Shown piece after piece: positions 12,251 through 24,500 of a stretch of DNA of 64,000 bases (positions are counted from its first letter, which is position 1; every line of letters begins with the position of its first letter). The position numbers and the translations under genes were made by a program. The notes under the pieces were generated by a model. The model did no database searches. It worked only from the letters and a program-made list of their open reading frames with translations, and was not told the origin of the DNA. This DNA comes from Stylophora pistillata (lineage: Eukaryota). The DNA is taken from NCBI RefSeq assembly GCF_002571385.2, contig NW_019217860.1, forward strand, positions 390,856 through 454,855, in the 5' to 3' direction.

Positions 12251-12994
12251 CTTTCTGTTAGAAGAGGGAAGAAAACATATTCAGATAAGCGAAAGTGCCG
12301 AGCTAAGTAGGTAAACAGCTTAGTTTGTGCCTAATTGAAAGACTGAATTAATCGTGTGCTATTCTTGCCGATATTGCGCACCCTTAGTCAGCCATGTTGG
12401 TTTAGTCGACTGAGGAGGCCTGGGAATGAGTGATAGGAAGTAAATTATGTGTTGCGAGGGGGTAGGGGAGGGAGACAAAAATTCCGTCTCCTTTTCCTCC
12501 CAAGTTATCCCCGTATGTTCCCTTCACTGTTTTTTTTTTTTTTTTGTCCTTTTAAAGATGGCGCACGTCCTGTGGCTACCTACAATACAGGCTAAAGGGT
12601 AATATCTCTCTGTTTGGAACATAAACAAGCTGCGAGATAAGAATAACACCCTCCGATAGAGCTTGAAAGATCAGCCCGGTGAAACCACAAATCGCTATAT
12701 GCCTGAGATGAACTTGATAAAGAATAACATCACTAACGTGATATCAACAATTTTCGAATCTCATCGTAAGCAATTGGTTTAGATAGGATGGACCAACTGA
12801 TCAACAGATTCACTGAACTTACACGCCCTCGCGATGATTTGGTTTCTTCTTGGTCTTTTCCAATTTCTCTGGCTCACAGTTTTGGTATCTCGGCAGTTAA
12901 CACGCTCACTGAATTGTCGAGACGAGTTCCTTTTCTTTGCGTTATTTATTTGTTTTTTTTTTTATCGGTAGCTTTAGCTAGATGGGTCAAGATA

Positions 12995-14868
12995 GGGGTT
13001 TTTCCCTTTTGTATTTTGATAACACAGCACTTTCGATTTATTCACTCGTAAACTGGAACCAGGAGAAATACGTTTAAACATGTAGAAAGTAAAAACTCGA
13101 TTATTTTCTTGTCTCTCACTGAAACGAATCATGAAAGTCGTAGCCTGGGTATTCCCTGACAGATACTTTAAAATAGCGTGATTGTGTCCAAATCCCGTGA
13201 CGGTAAAATACGCATCATTGAATTCAATAACATCCTTTCAAAAGACAAACCGAAGCGTCTGCTCACGTGAAGTTTTAGTTTATTTATGACGAGAGTGCGG
13301 CCGGTCTTCTTCATTTCCGAATTTTCATTCCATCTGACGATTTCGAGACGGCAAACACACCGATCGAAATCAGAGGTAGTGCGCTACGGTAAAGAATATT
13401 TTACGAACTAATACGGCCATGAGTGGGTTGCGTATGATAGATTAAGTACGTTAGAGTGTAGATAATCACCTTTCACCACAGAGAGCCATTCCCTAATTGT
13501 ATTAGCCTTACACTTTCTTTTCTGAGATAGTTCTTTCCTATTCTGATGAGTTCACAGATATTCTATAACACACCTCCTCTCTCAGCTGAGACACAAATGA
13601 TCGGAATACGATTGAGGTTGTGTGATTTTATGCTAGGGCTTAGTCTTTATCTGCTTTTTGTGTTTCGGGGGAATCCCCTTGAGTTCCGCTTTGGACTTCC
13701 TAGAAGTCACGCATAAAAGCGTTTAATTTTACTCAGAAATTCATGAACTGGCAGGAAATAGCTAAATTTGCTAGATAAAAATTCCCTGACTAGGAAACAC
13801 TTCTCTTGCTTCATTTACAAACGTATTCCTTTAATGTTCCTCGTGCGCCACCGAAAGGGGTTTTCCCTTTTATTTTATTACACAGCACTTTTAACGCATC
13901 AGTTCCACTCTGACATTAAAGAAAGAGACTATAAGACGAAAATATAGTCGAAATCAAATTCAAATCGGTTCAAATAAATACAAACCACCAAAACAATCCT
14001 CAATGAATATTCAACCGGCTCTTTAACGAAGGGTGCGCTTTCAAACGACCCCAGAGGTAACCAATGCAAAGAACACAAATATTCTTAAATACATTCACCT
14101 ATTTCCATAAAGAACCTACCAATTAGCCAAAGGAGTTGACCTTCAAAACTTTCAAAACAAGTCTTTAGATCTCTAGCTGTCGGTCAACTTCAGTAGTGTT
14201 GCAATTCTCTTCGTATCTCTTCAATTCTCTTCCCTTATCTTCACAACTTATCAGGGTGGACGAATCGTTTTGAATAGACAGTATATAAGAAATTTTAACT
14301 CCTTTGCCTTCCTGTGAGTTATAAACCTAGCAAGTCTCCCTCTATTACTTTACCGCCTTACAATGCATAAATATGCTGATTTTTTTTTTTTTTTTTCAGA
14401 ATCGCGTGACTGTTCGTTTTCTCGTACGGTCCGAAAACTTTTGTTCTAAATAAGGAAAATGAAGTTTCATTTTCTAAATTAACTACTATTCTTAAGAATT
14501 TCTATTTTTTACCAGACTTCGTGACCGGGTAGAATCACGAAAGTTTATTGTTCAGAAGGGAAAATCCCTTTGAAAAACAAAAGATGAAAACATTTCAAGT
14601 ATTTTATAAGATTTTGTTGAAATACAAAGCTATTCCTGGTTTAACCTAATGTTTATAAGAGTGTGATCCAAAACCAATGTTAGGCTGTCATTTTTTTCAA
14701 TCTTAAAAGAAGCGCAATGTACATGTTTGATAATTCAGAAACATTTCTTTAGAAAACGAAAACCAAAGAGATGTGCTTAAGCAAGCAACTGTTTGTTTCT
14801 CAGGTGACAACCAAAGTACAAATGTTTTCAGTGCGTGGGATGTCACCTGAAACCAAGGGAAAAACCCC
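12995..14868. promoter_or_regulatory. Putative bidirectional promoter X2/Z2 with kappaB-like site cluster
   Basis: GGGGTTTTTCCC 12995-13006, GGGTATTCCC 13147-13156, GGGGAATCCCC 13668-13678, GGGGTTTTCCC 13857-13867, GGGAAAATCCC 14558-14568, GGGAAAAACCCC 14857-14868. ISRE-like AAGTTTCATTTTC near 14462 and GAAAACGAAAAC near 14752. Confidence 0.68.
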
Positions 14869-15748
14869 TTTTTATTTTCGGTTCTTTCAAATGCTAATAT
14901 CGAGTGTTATCGTCAAAGCGTATTAATATTAAATTCTGATCTAACAATGTGTACTTGTTCAAACGAAATTGACTTTGACCTTCCTGTTCTGATGTAATGT
15001 TTACACCATAAGGTCTATTTTGAGCACACCATCCGTATAAATGATATAAACTGGAGTTTGGCGTCAAATAGTTGCAGTACTTAAGGCGCGCAGACGACTC
15101 AAGCAACTAACTGCCACTCTGCGGAGTTAAAACAAACTATTTCTGTATGGGAAATGGTGAGATTAAACATTTTCCTTTTTATAGGGTGCACAATTTTAAT
15201 GAGTGTGAGACTAAAAAATTTAAATCAAGCTATTTTGACTACGGAAAGCAAATCCAAAATTATGTTTTAAGGGTAGATGTATAATTTTTCAACGACATTT
15301 GATCATCAGTGTCGATGAAAACTGAAGAAAAAGAGGAGAATATGACAGTGTGTTATGTATGCAAATGTTCACTTAAGAAAGACCGGATGTACAACGATGG
15401 ACTTCGAGGATGAAATATTTCAAGCGCTCAAATTGTCGGAGATGTTGGAAGAAAGAATCAAATTTAAAAGAAAAGGATTAATATGCTAATTTGTACTCAA
15501 ACTGTCGCGTTGGCTGATTTGAAATATCGAACGGAAGTGACCTCATCATATGAGGATCATCCAAGGTTCGATCAAGTAAGCCTCAAGAGTTTTTACGGCC
15601 TCAAAGTAAGTGCATTAGTTTAAGAACGAAGATAAAATAAAATAAAATAATAATAATAATGGAACAGAGTCCCACATTGAATATATATAGACTCTTATAA
15701 CATTTTGGTTTACTAGAATCAGCAAATAATGAGGTTTGGAAACCAGTC

Positions 15749-17715
15749 ATGTGCCAAGTCAGTGGCAAATACAAAGCCTTCAAAAGCAACACTGCTCCTC
15801 CTGTCGTTGTAATCGAGCACAGTTGTTTAGTAGTGCGTGGACACGAATGGAAACTTGTTGTCAAATGTCGAACACCATCAAGTTACCAAGAGAGAAATAC
15901 TACAAACTCGTGCGTTTGGAGAGAAGTGAATGAGGTTGTTCCAGATGCCAAAGTAGAGCAGAAACATAACGACATTCTTGTGACTCTTCCTCAACTGAAG
16001 GAGGACATTGAAATTGCAGCTTTTGGAATTCCAGGAACAGAAGACCAGAAACGAATGAAAATGGCAATCTTTGGAAAAAAGCCGACCCAAGGAAGGGACT
16101 GGAAATTAAAGGTTTATCTCATAGATGACTCGACTATAGCTTTTAAGGTAATACATATGGTACTTACACTTAAAATTTAAAACATCCCTAGACTTCAGCT
16201 TAAGGCCTAAATTTGAGTCCAATTTTGTTTATTTACAACAAACTTAACCTCCATGGAGCCCCTTTTTCTCTTGAAATATAGATAAGTTGTGGTTGGCAAT
16301 CACCAGGGAAACCATGCCGGATTAAACAATTTTTTGAAGGCTGAGGAAATAGATTTAGTAACAATTCCTGGTTGCAATGGCTGATGCCACGAGACTACTA
16401 AAGGGCTATTGTCTTCATTTTCGATACAAAATATTGCAGGTTATCTAAAGAGTTCTTTCTTTCCATCAAACAGAACGTCTGCGACAAAGAGGAGAGTTTT
16501 GGAAACAACTTGTTAACAACCCTTGCTGGTTTATTTGTGTCAAACAGTAACGAAGATATCAGAATTGAAATCAACCCCATTGAAACTGGATGGAAAGTCA
16601 AAGGAAACAAAGTCCAGGTATACACTTAGTTCGTTTTATAAGGGGGTGTTCTACATCTCGAAGCACTTGTGGGAAATGAATCATCTGGTTTTGGCCTCAG
16701 AATGAGGCTCGGTTCCTCTCGCTGATCATCGATTACCTCAGTGATCAGATGTGGAGGTGCTAACCCTCTTTTACCTTGACCTCAGTTGAGATTAAACATG
16801 GTAGGACTCTTAAGGCGTGTAATCTCTGCATCGTTCCCCTACAGCTAAGGCCCTCACGTTAATTAATTTTTTATATTTTTCGATTTACAGAAGATTACAG
16901 CAAGAGATGCCTGGCACTCGCTTGAAAATTCTACAGGCTTTCCTCATTGCCAATTTAACATCGAGCATGTCAGCAAATCGAAGCAAGCATTCTTTTGTGG
17001 AATAACAGCATCGCACGGAAGAGATCAGGCGAACACAGAACTAGTGGCATATTTTGAACAGGCAGGTCTACGATATGGAATTTTCTATGTATTTGTGGCG
17101 CTGGAGACAAAGGTTGTTAAAGGGAGAGGGTTAGAGAATTGGAGCGAGGAGTGTTAGGAGCTCGAACCATCCGATATACTATAGAACTTATAATTAATAA
17201 AGGTTTCCTTACGGTCAAACGGTCAAACTGTCATCACTCATTCGAATATATTTTTCACAAGCAGGCACCAATCCATAAACTATTTTTCTGCAAGGATGTG
17301 AAAAAATTCATGTGCTTGAAAAGGAACATTTTATCAGTTACCTCACTAACCAGCACAGTGTAAGTTAACTTCGGAACTATTTTGGTACGACAGAGGGAAG
17401 ATTAGGGTCAACGTTCCGAGCCGATGGCAAAAAGGAAACATAATGTCTTGAAATCAAGATTTTCAAGAAACTCGAAAGTATGTATCAAAATAAACAAATT
17501 TATTTACTATTTTTATCTTACAGAAGAGAAGCAGAGGAGAACTCAACCAACCTTCTAGAGCACTACAGACACTGAACAACACCACCCTCCATGCGAAAAA
17601 TGGTGATAAGATTTATTCCTGTTCTTTTCTATCAAAAAAAAAAGCAACAACAACAACAACAAAAACAATAACAGTAGCAACAACATCGCCAACAGCATTG
17701 GGTGCAAAGACATAA
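15749..17715 (+). CDS. Z2 (type B): partial ZU5 + UNC5-type UPA protein, about 301 aa; exons 15749-16147, 16474-16617, 16891-17061, 17524-17715
   Basis: Continuous ORF after splicing. Middle exons (144/171 nt) match Z1 and Z3. The third donor is GC (CAG|GCAGGT). Thr-rich tail arises from an (ACA)n tract. Confidence 0.8.
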
Positions 17716-20700
17716 AGTAAACCTCCATTAGCAATCAAATTCTGTTTGATTAATAAGGCCTTTGAAAAGGTTACACAGAAATTAGGTCACTTGGATATTT
17801 ACCACTTCCACCTCTTTACTCATGAGAGACGCATCCATGCTCTTGGACAATTTATGGCTTTGTGGCTAGGTTGAATTCAATGTTTTCAATCCACCAATTT
17901 ATTCTAATGTTCGATATTGAAAATTATGAAATTGATTGAACGAAAAAAAAAAAAAACTGAAAAAGTATAACAGCTCCAATCAGGCAAGTAAATTGCTAAT
18001 TATTTAAAATTTGTGTTATAGAGATAAACACCTTAGAACTGATGTTAATCTTAGTCACTGCTCCTGTGGCCCGAGAATGCAAAAGCACACGTTTAAAAGG
18101 TAGGAGCTCTTTACTCTAATGCATTCTGTTCTGTTTAATTCATGCTTACGTCTAATCTTGAAAACTATGATTAAAAAACGGAAAAAAGAGTTGAGAAAGG
18201 CGTACCAGTTGGAAAGAGGCTGCTGAATTGCTAATTAAATATGTAACAATTACATTACAGAGATGAGCTCCTTGGGAATGATGTTCATCTTGGTAACAGC
18301 TCTTGTGGCCCGTGAACTGCGCAAAAGTACACGTTTAAAAGGTATGCATTTTTTTTTATTGTATTCTGTTCTGTTTCTGTTTCTGTTCTGATAATGATAG
18401 GCAACTGATGTACCTGATGACAGAAAAACAAAGATAAAGAAAAATATGTTCACGTGTTTGTGGAAAGAATTCTAATTTTAAGAAATCTGAAACAACAAGC
18501 CTATACCTAATGACAAAATATCTGTTTCCAACCTATGTTTAGCTAAACTCTGTGAGATTATTTTTTATTGTGTTACTCAATTTTTTACCAATTTATTTTT
18601 GTTAACAGAATCAGCCGGCCTGCATGTCAACGTTTGTTGCGAAGAAAGACGGTCTATATTCTATAAAGCTGCCACCTAAACCTAATCAAGACATTCCGAG
18701 AAAACAAAGTGGAAATTAATAAATATCGGAACGAATTCCTTATCAGTTACAATATAGATACAAAATCATTTCGTTTTACAATTGTCTTAGTTGCCAGTCA
18801 AAACTTTTATTATAAATTTTTTGAACAAAAGATATAGTGAATAACTTATTACCAACGATTGGTATTTGTCTGAGACAATTTTACAAAAAAAAAAAAAAAA
18901 AAAAAAAATTGACAGAACTGACTGCTACCCTCTCTCGAGTTTTTCGGAACTAAAGAAATACTCTAACTCAGTTTTAAGACTCACTAAGTGAGAATGATAT
19001 ATTAAACGTAAACACGCAGTGGATTATGCGATAAACCAATGCATTCCAGTTGAGATTTTGACTTACAGGCGTTCACAATTCTTATCTTATTTTATTTGCA
19101 TTTACGTAGAGTGAAAGCAGTGTTAGGGACGTTTTTAATTTGTCTAAAATAAATAACAAGTCATCGACAGTGACATTGAGAAAAGCCATTACAAAATGAT
19201 CAATACCTTGTCTACGAGAGTTGGTCAGTTTTGAGTAGATTCATTGCCAAAGAGGAAGGGCAAAATGTCTTGCATTAACATCCGCACTGTTTCGTGACGT
19301 AATAATCTTTGTTTAACGTGGGTAGAAACACTAAGCTGAAGATAGCTTACAGGTTTTCCACAAAATTACAAGATTTAAGTAACTAAAAACGTAATGTTCC
19401 TCCCTGCCTCGAGCTCAGTTTAAGCGCAATTCATTTGGAATCCCATTCCATTGTTTTACGGGGAAAAACTTAAAAGAGTTCAATTCATGCTTTGTGGTAT
19501 TTACTTTTGGTAGCGATAGCATATTATTTCCCCTTAAATCAAAATTATTATTTCTTACTTTAACAAGTTCCTTGATGCATGTGGGGGCGCGCGTTGCCTT
19601 GGAAACAGGCGTTTATGGTTGTTAACATGTCCTGGACACGACTGTTTTCTTGCGTGGTTTTCTAAACTTACTCGCTTTAGCAGTTAATGATATGTTGATA
19701 TTTTTTCTTTGAAGCATGTCTTAATGCACGTTCATTTACTTTTTCTATTTTCTCTGTGTTTCTCGAGCCACAATGATGCCATATCTGACTGCAGTATTAA
19801 AAATGAGGCAGAGCAAACGCTCGATACAATAATTCCTTAACTCTGCACGGAAGAATGTTTTCAAGCCTGTTTAGCGCCTGAAGCTCTCGCACCTAAAAAG
19901 CTGACTGACATTTAAAGCAAGAACCAGGTCACCTGCCTGGAAGTTAATTTAGATCCCTCATTTGCAAAGGTAAAAACATTAAGAACTGAACAATTCTTAC
20001 GTTCTACTTTTTCTGACTAGTGAAGCGACTGACTAGTGCAAAATGAACTAAGAAAAAAAAATTTTGTTTTTAAAAGCCCTTTCAAGTGATCATTCTTAAC
20101 CCACTGGGGGGAGTTATGATACAACCAGAAGTAAATGTCTTTTGTGTCCACACTTTTTTGACGAATTGCAATTTCTCGATAAAAAAGGAAACAATTTAAG
20201 TTATATTGAAAGCAGGGATCCTCAGAGATTTCAGCTCTTCCCGTTAGGGGTAATAAAATATTTTCTCACTCAAATGTTTTCAACTCTTTCATCGGGTGGA
20301 AATTGACGGAAGAATTGCTTTATAGAATGTAAGCGAAACCTGTAAAAAGCCCGACTGAAACTTAAGAAGAGAGCAGAATATCTTAAAACTCTTACATGAA
20401 AAATTTAGTTTATGCAAACAGGATGAAAAATGTATATTGTGGTCGTCATGCATATCAGGAAACAAACTAAGTGGATTAATATGTTGCAGTGAAATATATA
20501 CCGTCTATTTGATTAATTTCATTTCTATTTCATCACCTTACTTAAGTATATAACGTATTTTTAAACTGTGGTGTAATCTATTTCCGGGAAACGTCAGTAA
20601 CAGTTAGGTTGTTACCATTGAAGGACCAAGATACAGGTAATATAAATGTTTAATTTGTTCGAATACACTTTCATTCCTTGAAATGGGCTCAGAATCTTCA

Positions 20701-21514
20701 ATATCGATTTCATCCTTAGATTCCTCTCGAAAAATGCGTTTGAGTTCCATTTAAATTCCATTTAAAGTTGTAGTTAACTAGGTAGTGTAGAACGCCTTTG
20801 CGACTTGAACAATTTTAGAGTGAAAAATTTGAAAATAATGAAACACTGTACCCTTGTAACCATACGACCACAAATATTGATTCATGATTCGACCCATTGC
20901 CTTCAAGCCTTAATAACCCATGCATCAGTACATTCACGTACACCCCACTCCCCTCCTCCCTCTATCCCTCCCCTCCCCCTCGGAAAAAAAAAACAAACAA
21001 AAAAGGAAAAAGAAGGAGAAATAAACGAAACTTGACCTCGGCATAACTATCTTTATTTTACTACAGCAAACACAGCATTAAAACTGTGCTGATATATAAC
21101 ATTCTGGTTACGATGCCTTACTAAAAAAAGTCTTCAGATGATGTAGATTACAATCGAAGAGATTTTGTTTACAGGTGATCAAAGCTCTTCTCGATAAAAC
21201 TATGTTGAGTCGCTATATTTACATCAGTTCTTACTAATCCGGAGAGCGTGGATAAACAATACACGCTGCAAATAATGATCTACCATAGAGACTTATAACG
21301 ATAAGACGTCTTCCACCGCCGTCTGTGCCGTCAACATAGGGCTTCGCACTTGCGTCATCTGCAAAACATTGCAGGCTCACGACCCTGGACAGTCCCCAGG
21401 CCGCCACCTCGGGCGACTAAAGTAGTGCGTCCAATCACGGCATTTGGCGCGAGTCGCGACCACAGCGTCGCGCGTCTCTCCACCCCTTCACTGATAGAAC
21501 CTCTGTTCTTTTAT

Positions 21515-24500
21515 TTACTGAGAGGTGTGGTCATGCTCAACCGCTGGTTTTGTCTCTTCCAGATGAGTCTAGCGGGAAAAATTTAAGTAAACTGATTATT
21601 CTTTATCGATGAAACACTTTTTCCTACTAGGGTGGTAAGGTTTTTGAGGCCCACAGAGTCATCAATGTCTTGGGGTTACTGTTAAGTGTTTTTACCCTCT
21701 CTAAATAAAAACCTATTACATGGCAGTAAAAACTTCTGGATGCCCAGATATCCTAAACAGTGATTGGGCGGCAAGCCGTAGCCAACCGATGGACCGACCA
21801 AAGTCCTTACAGTTAAAATTCCTTTAGCAATTCCTAGTCATAGCAATAAAAGTCTTAAACTTAATCGCTATGAAGTAAAAAACCTCAATACTTAAGGTTC
21901 CATATGTCACTATTGAAACGCTCAAACGTAACAAAACATCTAACATCCCTTAATTCAATCTTAAGAATGTGTCTGTAAGAATCAAACATCTTGGGAAATG
22001 AAAATTTTAAACCCCTCCCTCAAATTTTGCATGCAGTTAGGCACTCAGGGGGGATGCACAAAAATTCCCTTTTTAAAGTTTGCAACACTCTTGTTGTCAT
22101 GGTAACAATGTATTTTCCCTGGGAGTGAATGTGAACACACCAATAGATTTTTAATCTTGGTACAGTTTCGGTCATTTTTGCTGTAGGGTAAAACGGGGAA
22201 AATGTTTGTCTAAATTTCTCCAAAAGTACACCGATACTGAAACTACGCACTTAGTTCTTTATAACATTCTAGTTTTTAAATATGTAAAAATCTCTGCGGG
22301 TCGGCCCCTACTTTTCATAGTGGCAATTCGCGAACGAAGCTCAAAAATCAGATATTGCATAAATTGGCAATGTTTACATCTAATGTTCTCAACAACATAC
22401 GTTTCAGACAAATGAAAAGTACAAGACTTAGAAAGAATGTTATCTTCTGAGCAATATCCCGAAGAGAAATCTCGCCTCTAGCTTTAATATTTAATGTTTT
22501 AATATTTACCCGACGTAACTACAAACATGTACCTTAAATCGTGCGCAAATCATCCAGATTCCGAATACTGTACCTTCTTTCATGGGAATTTGAGCTATCC
22601 GAAATCCTCTGACGATACACCGTTATACTTGTCTGTCATTTGAAACATGTTAAAGTTGGTTGATCTACACGAATCTATCGCGACACCGGTCATTTGTCAT
22701 AAACATGTACGTTATCACGATGGCGTAACGCCGGATTTTTCAATGAAGTTTCCATCAGGTCGCTCAAAGAGGACGAGAAATGGAAATTTCTGGATATTGC
22801 AGCAGATTTCCGCGCATTTTGAAGTAAAAACAACCGAAAAAAAAGAGAGGAAAACCTTGATTGAACGCTCTTACACATTTAGAGTGAGGAGTGAGAGTAT
22901 AAATCACAACTTGTCAGCGGTGGTACTACATGTAAAACCTAGTTGCCGCAATAGCAATTTGTACGATGTATTACCTCTCCTTACAAAGAGAAGCTTCAGG
23001 CAGTTGTCATTTCCGGGTGACAGGAACTGAAATATTTCGAATCATCTGAAAACTGTTAGAAAACTGTCAGAAAATTTGCATAAGATCTGATAACGTGAGA
23101 CTTATCACTGCCGAAGTACAATCTTGTAAGTCAATGTTTCCTTCCATGTCTCGATCAAGAAAACATCAAAACAAAGTTCGAAATAAAAGGTTCAATAAAA
23201 TCATAATGTCATAATTCCACCTTTCAAAACTACTAATTATCCACATGCAAAGCTCAACTCATAACTGGAATGAAACTCCTCATGGTTAATATGTAATCTG
23301 GATTGCTTCAGGTCCTTCAAGAAAAAGAACAGTGATTTCATCACGATTATTTTCCACAATTTTTCTCCTGGATATCTTTTGTAAGCTTAAAGAAAGATGA
23401 ATATAACGCAATCTTCCGGTGATTTACACGACAGGAAGTCAAAGGTCTCTAACTTCTGCCTGAGGTGGCCGGCTCACCAGGAAGAAGGAGGAGATCGTTC
23501 GGTCCAATAACGTTAGTTTGTGGAGATTATCGTGCTAATAACTGAGGAGATTATGCCCGTTGGTTCATCAGTGACAAATCTGTACTCCTCGGTCTATGCG
23601 ACACCGATTTGTAATTTTGTAGGCACTTACTATAGCATTTTATTTCCAAGAAAAAGAAATCTCAAGGCTCAAAGCCAAAATATTGTTCAAGCATGTAAAA
23701 GATTCCTTGAAAAAAGCTGAATTTGTGGAAAATGATTATTATAAAATCCCTCTTCCATTTGCTGTAATAAGGGTATAGTTTTCGCGCGAGTGGTGGGTTT
23801 TACATGTAGTACTACCGCTGACAAGTTGTGATTTACACTCTCACTCTTGACAGAGCTGAATAATAAATTGCTAAGTCAGAGGCAATGCGGTCAAGAACGC
23901 GGGCTCAAATGTCCTAGGTCTAAAATTTAACGAAATTAGCGGAAAATAATGTGGGCTGACTTTTAAACTAAGGAACACTGTTTTCGTCGAAGGCATTTTC
24001 CTATTTCAAGAGGTTTTACGGGCAAAATTTATTTTTGAAAATCTTTAGCGGGTGTACAAAGTTTTTGGAGGTTGTTCTGTAAAAGAAAAGTGGCAAGGAA
24101 AACGACGCCTCGAAGCAACAGAATAGGAAATCAACCATGGGAACGACTCAAAATCCGTGTTTCCGCGGCAAAACCTGGCGCATGCGTATACGTTATTCAG
24201 CTCTGTCCTCACTCTCAATGTTTACGAACGTTTAATCAGGGTTTTCCTCTCTTATTTTTTTTTTTTTCGGTTGTTTTATTTCAGAATGCGCGGAAATCTG
24301 CTGCAATATCGAAAAATGTCCGTTTCTCGTCTTCTTTGGAGCGATCTTATGGAAACTTCATGGAGAAATCCAGCGTCATGCTATTAAGATAACATACATG
24401 TTTGTCACAAATGACTGGTGTTACGATAGTTTCGTGTAGATCAGCTAACTTTAACATGTTTCAAATGACAGACAAGTATAACGGTGTATCATCAGAGGAT

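Noticed and set aside
15878-16625. Recurrent antisense or alternative-frame ORFs (MGRLFSKD.., MYTWTLFP.., METSHVP..) in three copies
   Set aside because: Shadows of duplicated Z exons.
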